A stretch of DNA of 48,155 bases, taken from positions 1 to 48,155 of the forward strand of contig JAXLQJ010000055.1 of the NCBI GenBank assembly GCA_046331705.1, read 5' to 3'. Within the stretch, counting starts at the first letter, position 1. The number at the start of each line of letters is the position of its first letter. Below are positions 48,141-48,155 of this stretch, in pieces. The notes under the pieces were generated by a model that searched no databases, had not been told where the DNA came from, and saw only the letters and a list, made by a program, of their open reading frames with translations. This DNA is from a bacterium (GTDB lineage: Bacteria; JADJOY01). The position numbers and the translations under genes were made by a program.

Positions 48141-48155
48141 CTTCCCCTCGGAAGC

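Noticed and set aside
1-48155. Many long overlapping ORFs in the track (e.g. 690-2537, 9260-12133, 18477-20504, 20522-23059, 30058-32283)
   Set aside because: Arg/Ala/Pro-rich shadow frames of real genes, expected at this GC content; no motifs.

Overview
Very GC-rich (about 70% or more by eye) chromosomal segment from a diderm bacterium: it encodes a TonB-dependent receptor and lipoproteins, and the gene style suggests Myxococcota/Binatia/Acidobacteria-like organisms (inference only). I found no rRNA, tRNA, CRISPR array, transposase or phage gene. The left third is mostly housekeeping or accessory: partial phytochelatin synthase, SnoaL-like protein, FadR-sterol desaturase operon with a clear double operator, two ABC-2 transporters, SGNH lipoprotein, DUF488, GT-C-like membrane protein, TonB receptor, rhomboid and a STAND-type ATPase. 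From about 20.5 to 46 kb the window is rich in secreted beta-propeller (FG-GAP/VCBS) proteins. Three of them end in an exactly aligned 19-aa C-terminal motif (xFxDxF[DE]SxxxxxWxxxVP-stop). A coupled TIGR03032 + TPR-GT41 glycosyltransferase pair converges on them. The strongest unannotated signal is non-coding (40241-40595): two enhancer-like dyads, phased T-tracts, a good sigma54 promoter and a structured, terminated, ORF-less transcript, i.e. a candidate sigma54-dependent sRNA. Also notable is a small coiled-coil/AT-hook-like/Fis-HTH protein. Three genes carry frameshifts that may be sequencing errors or real decay. All family calls come from motif recognition by eye; no searches were run.
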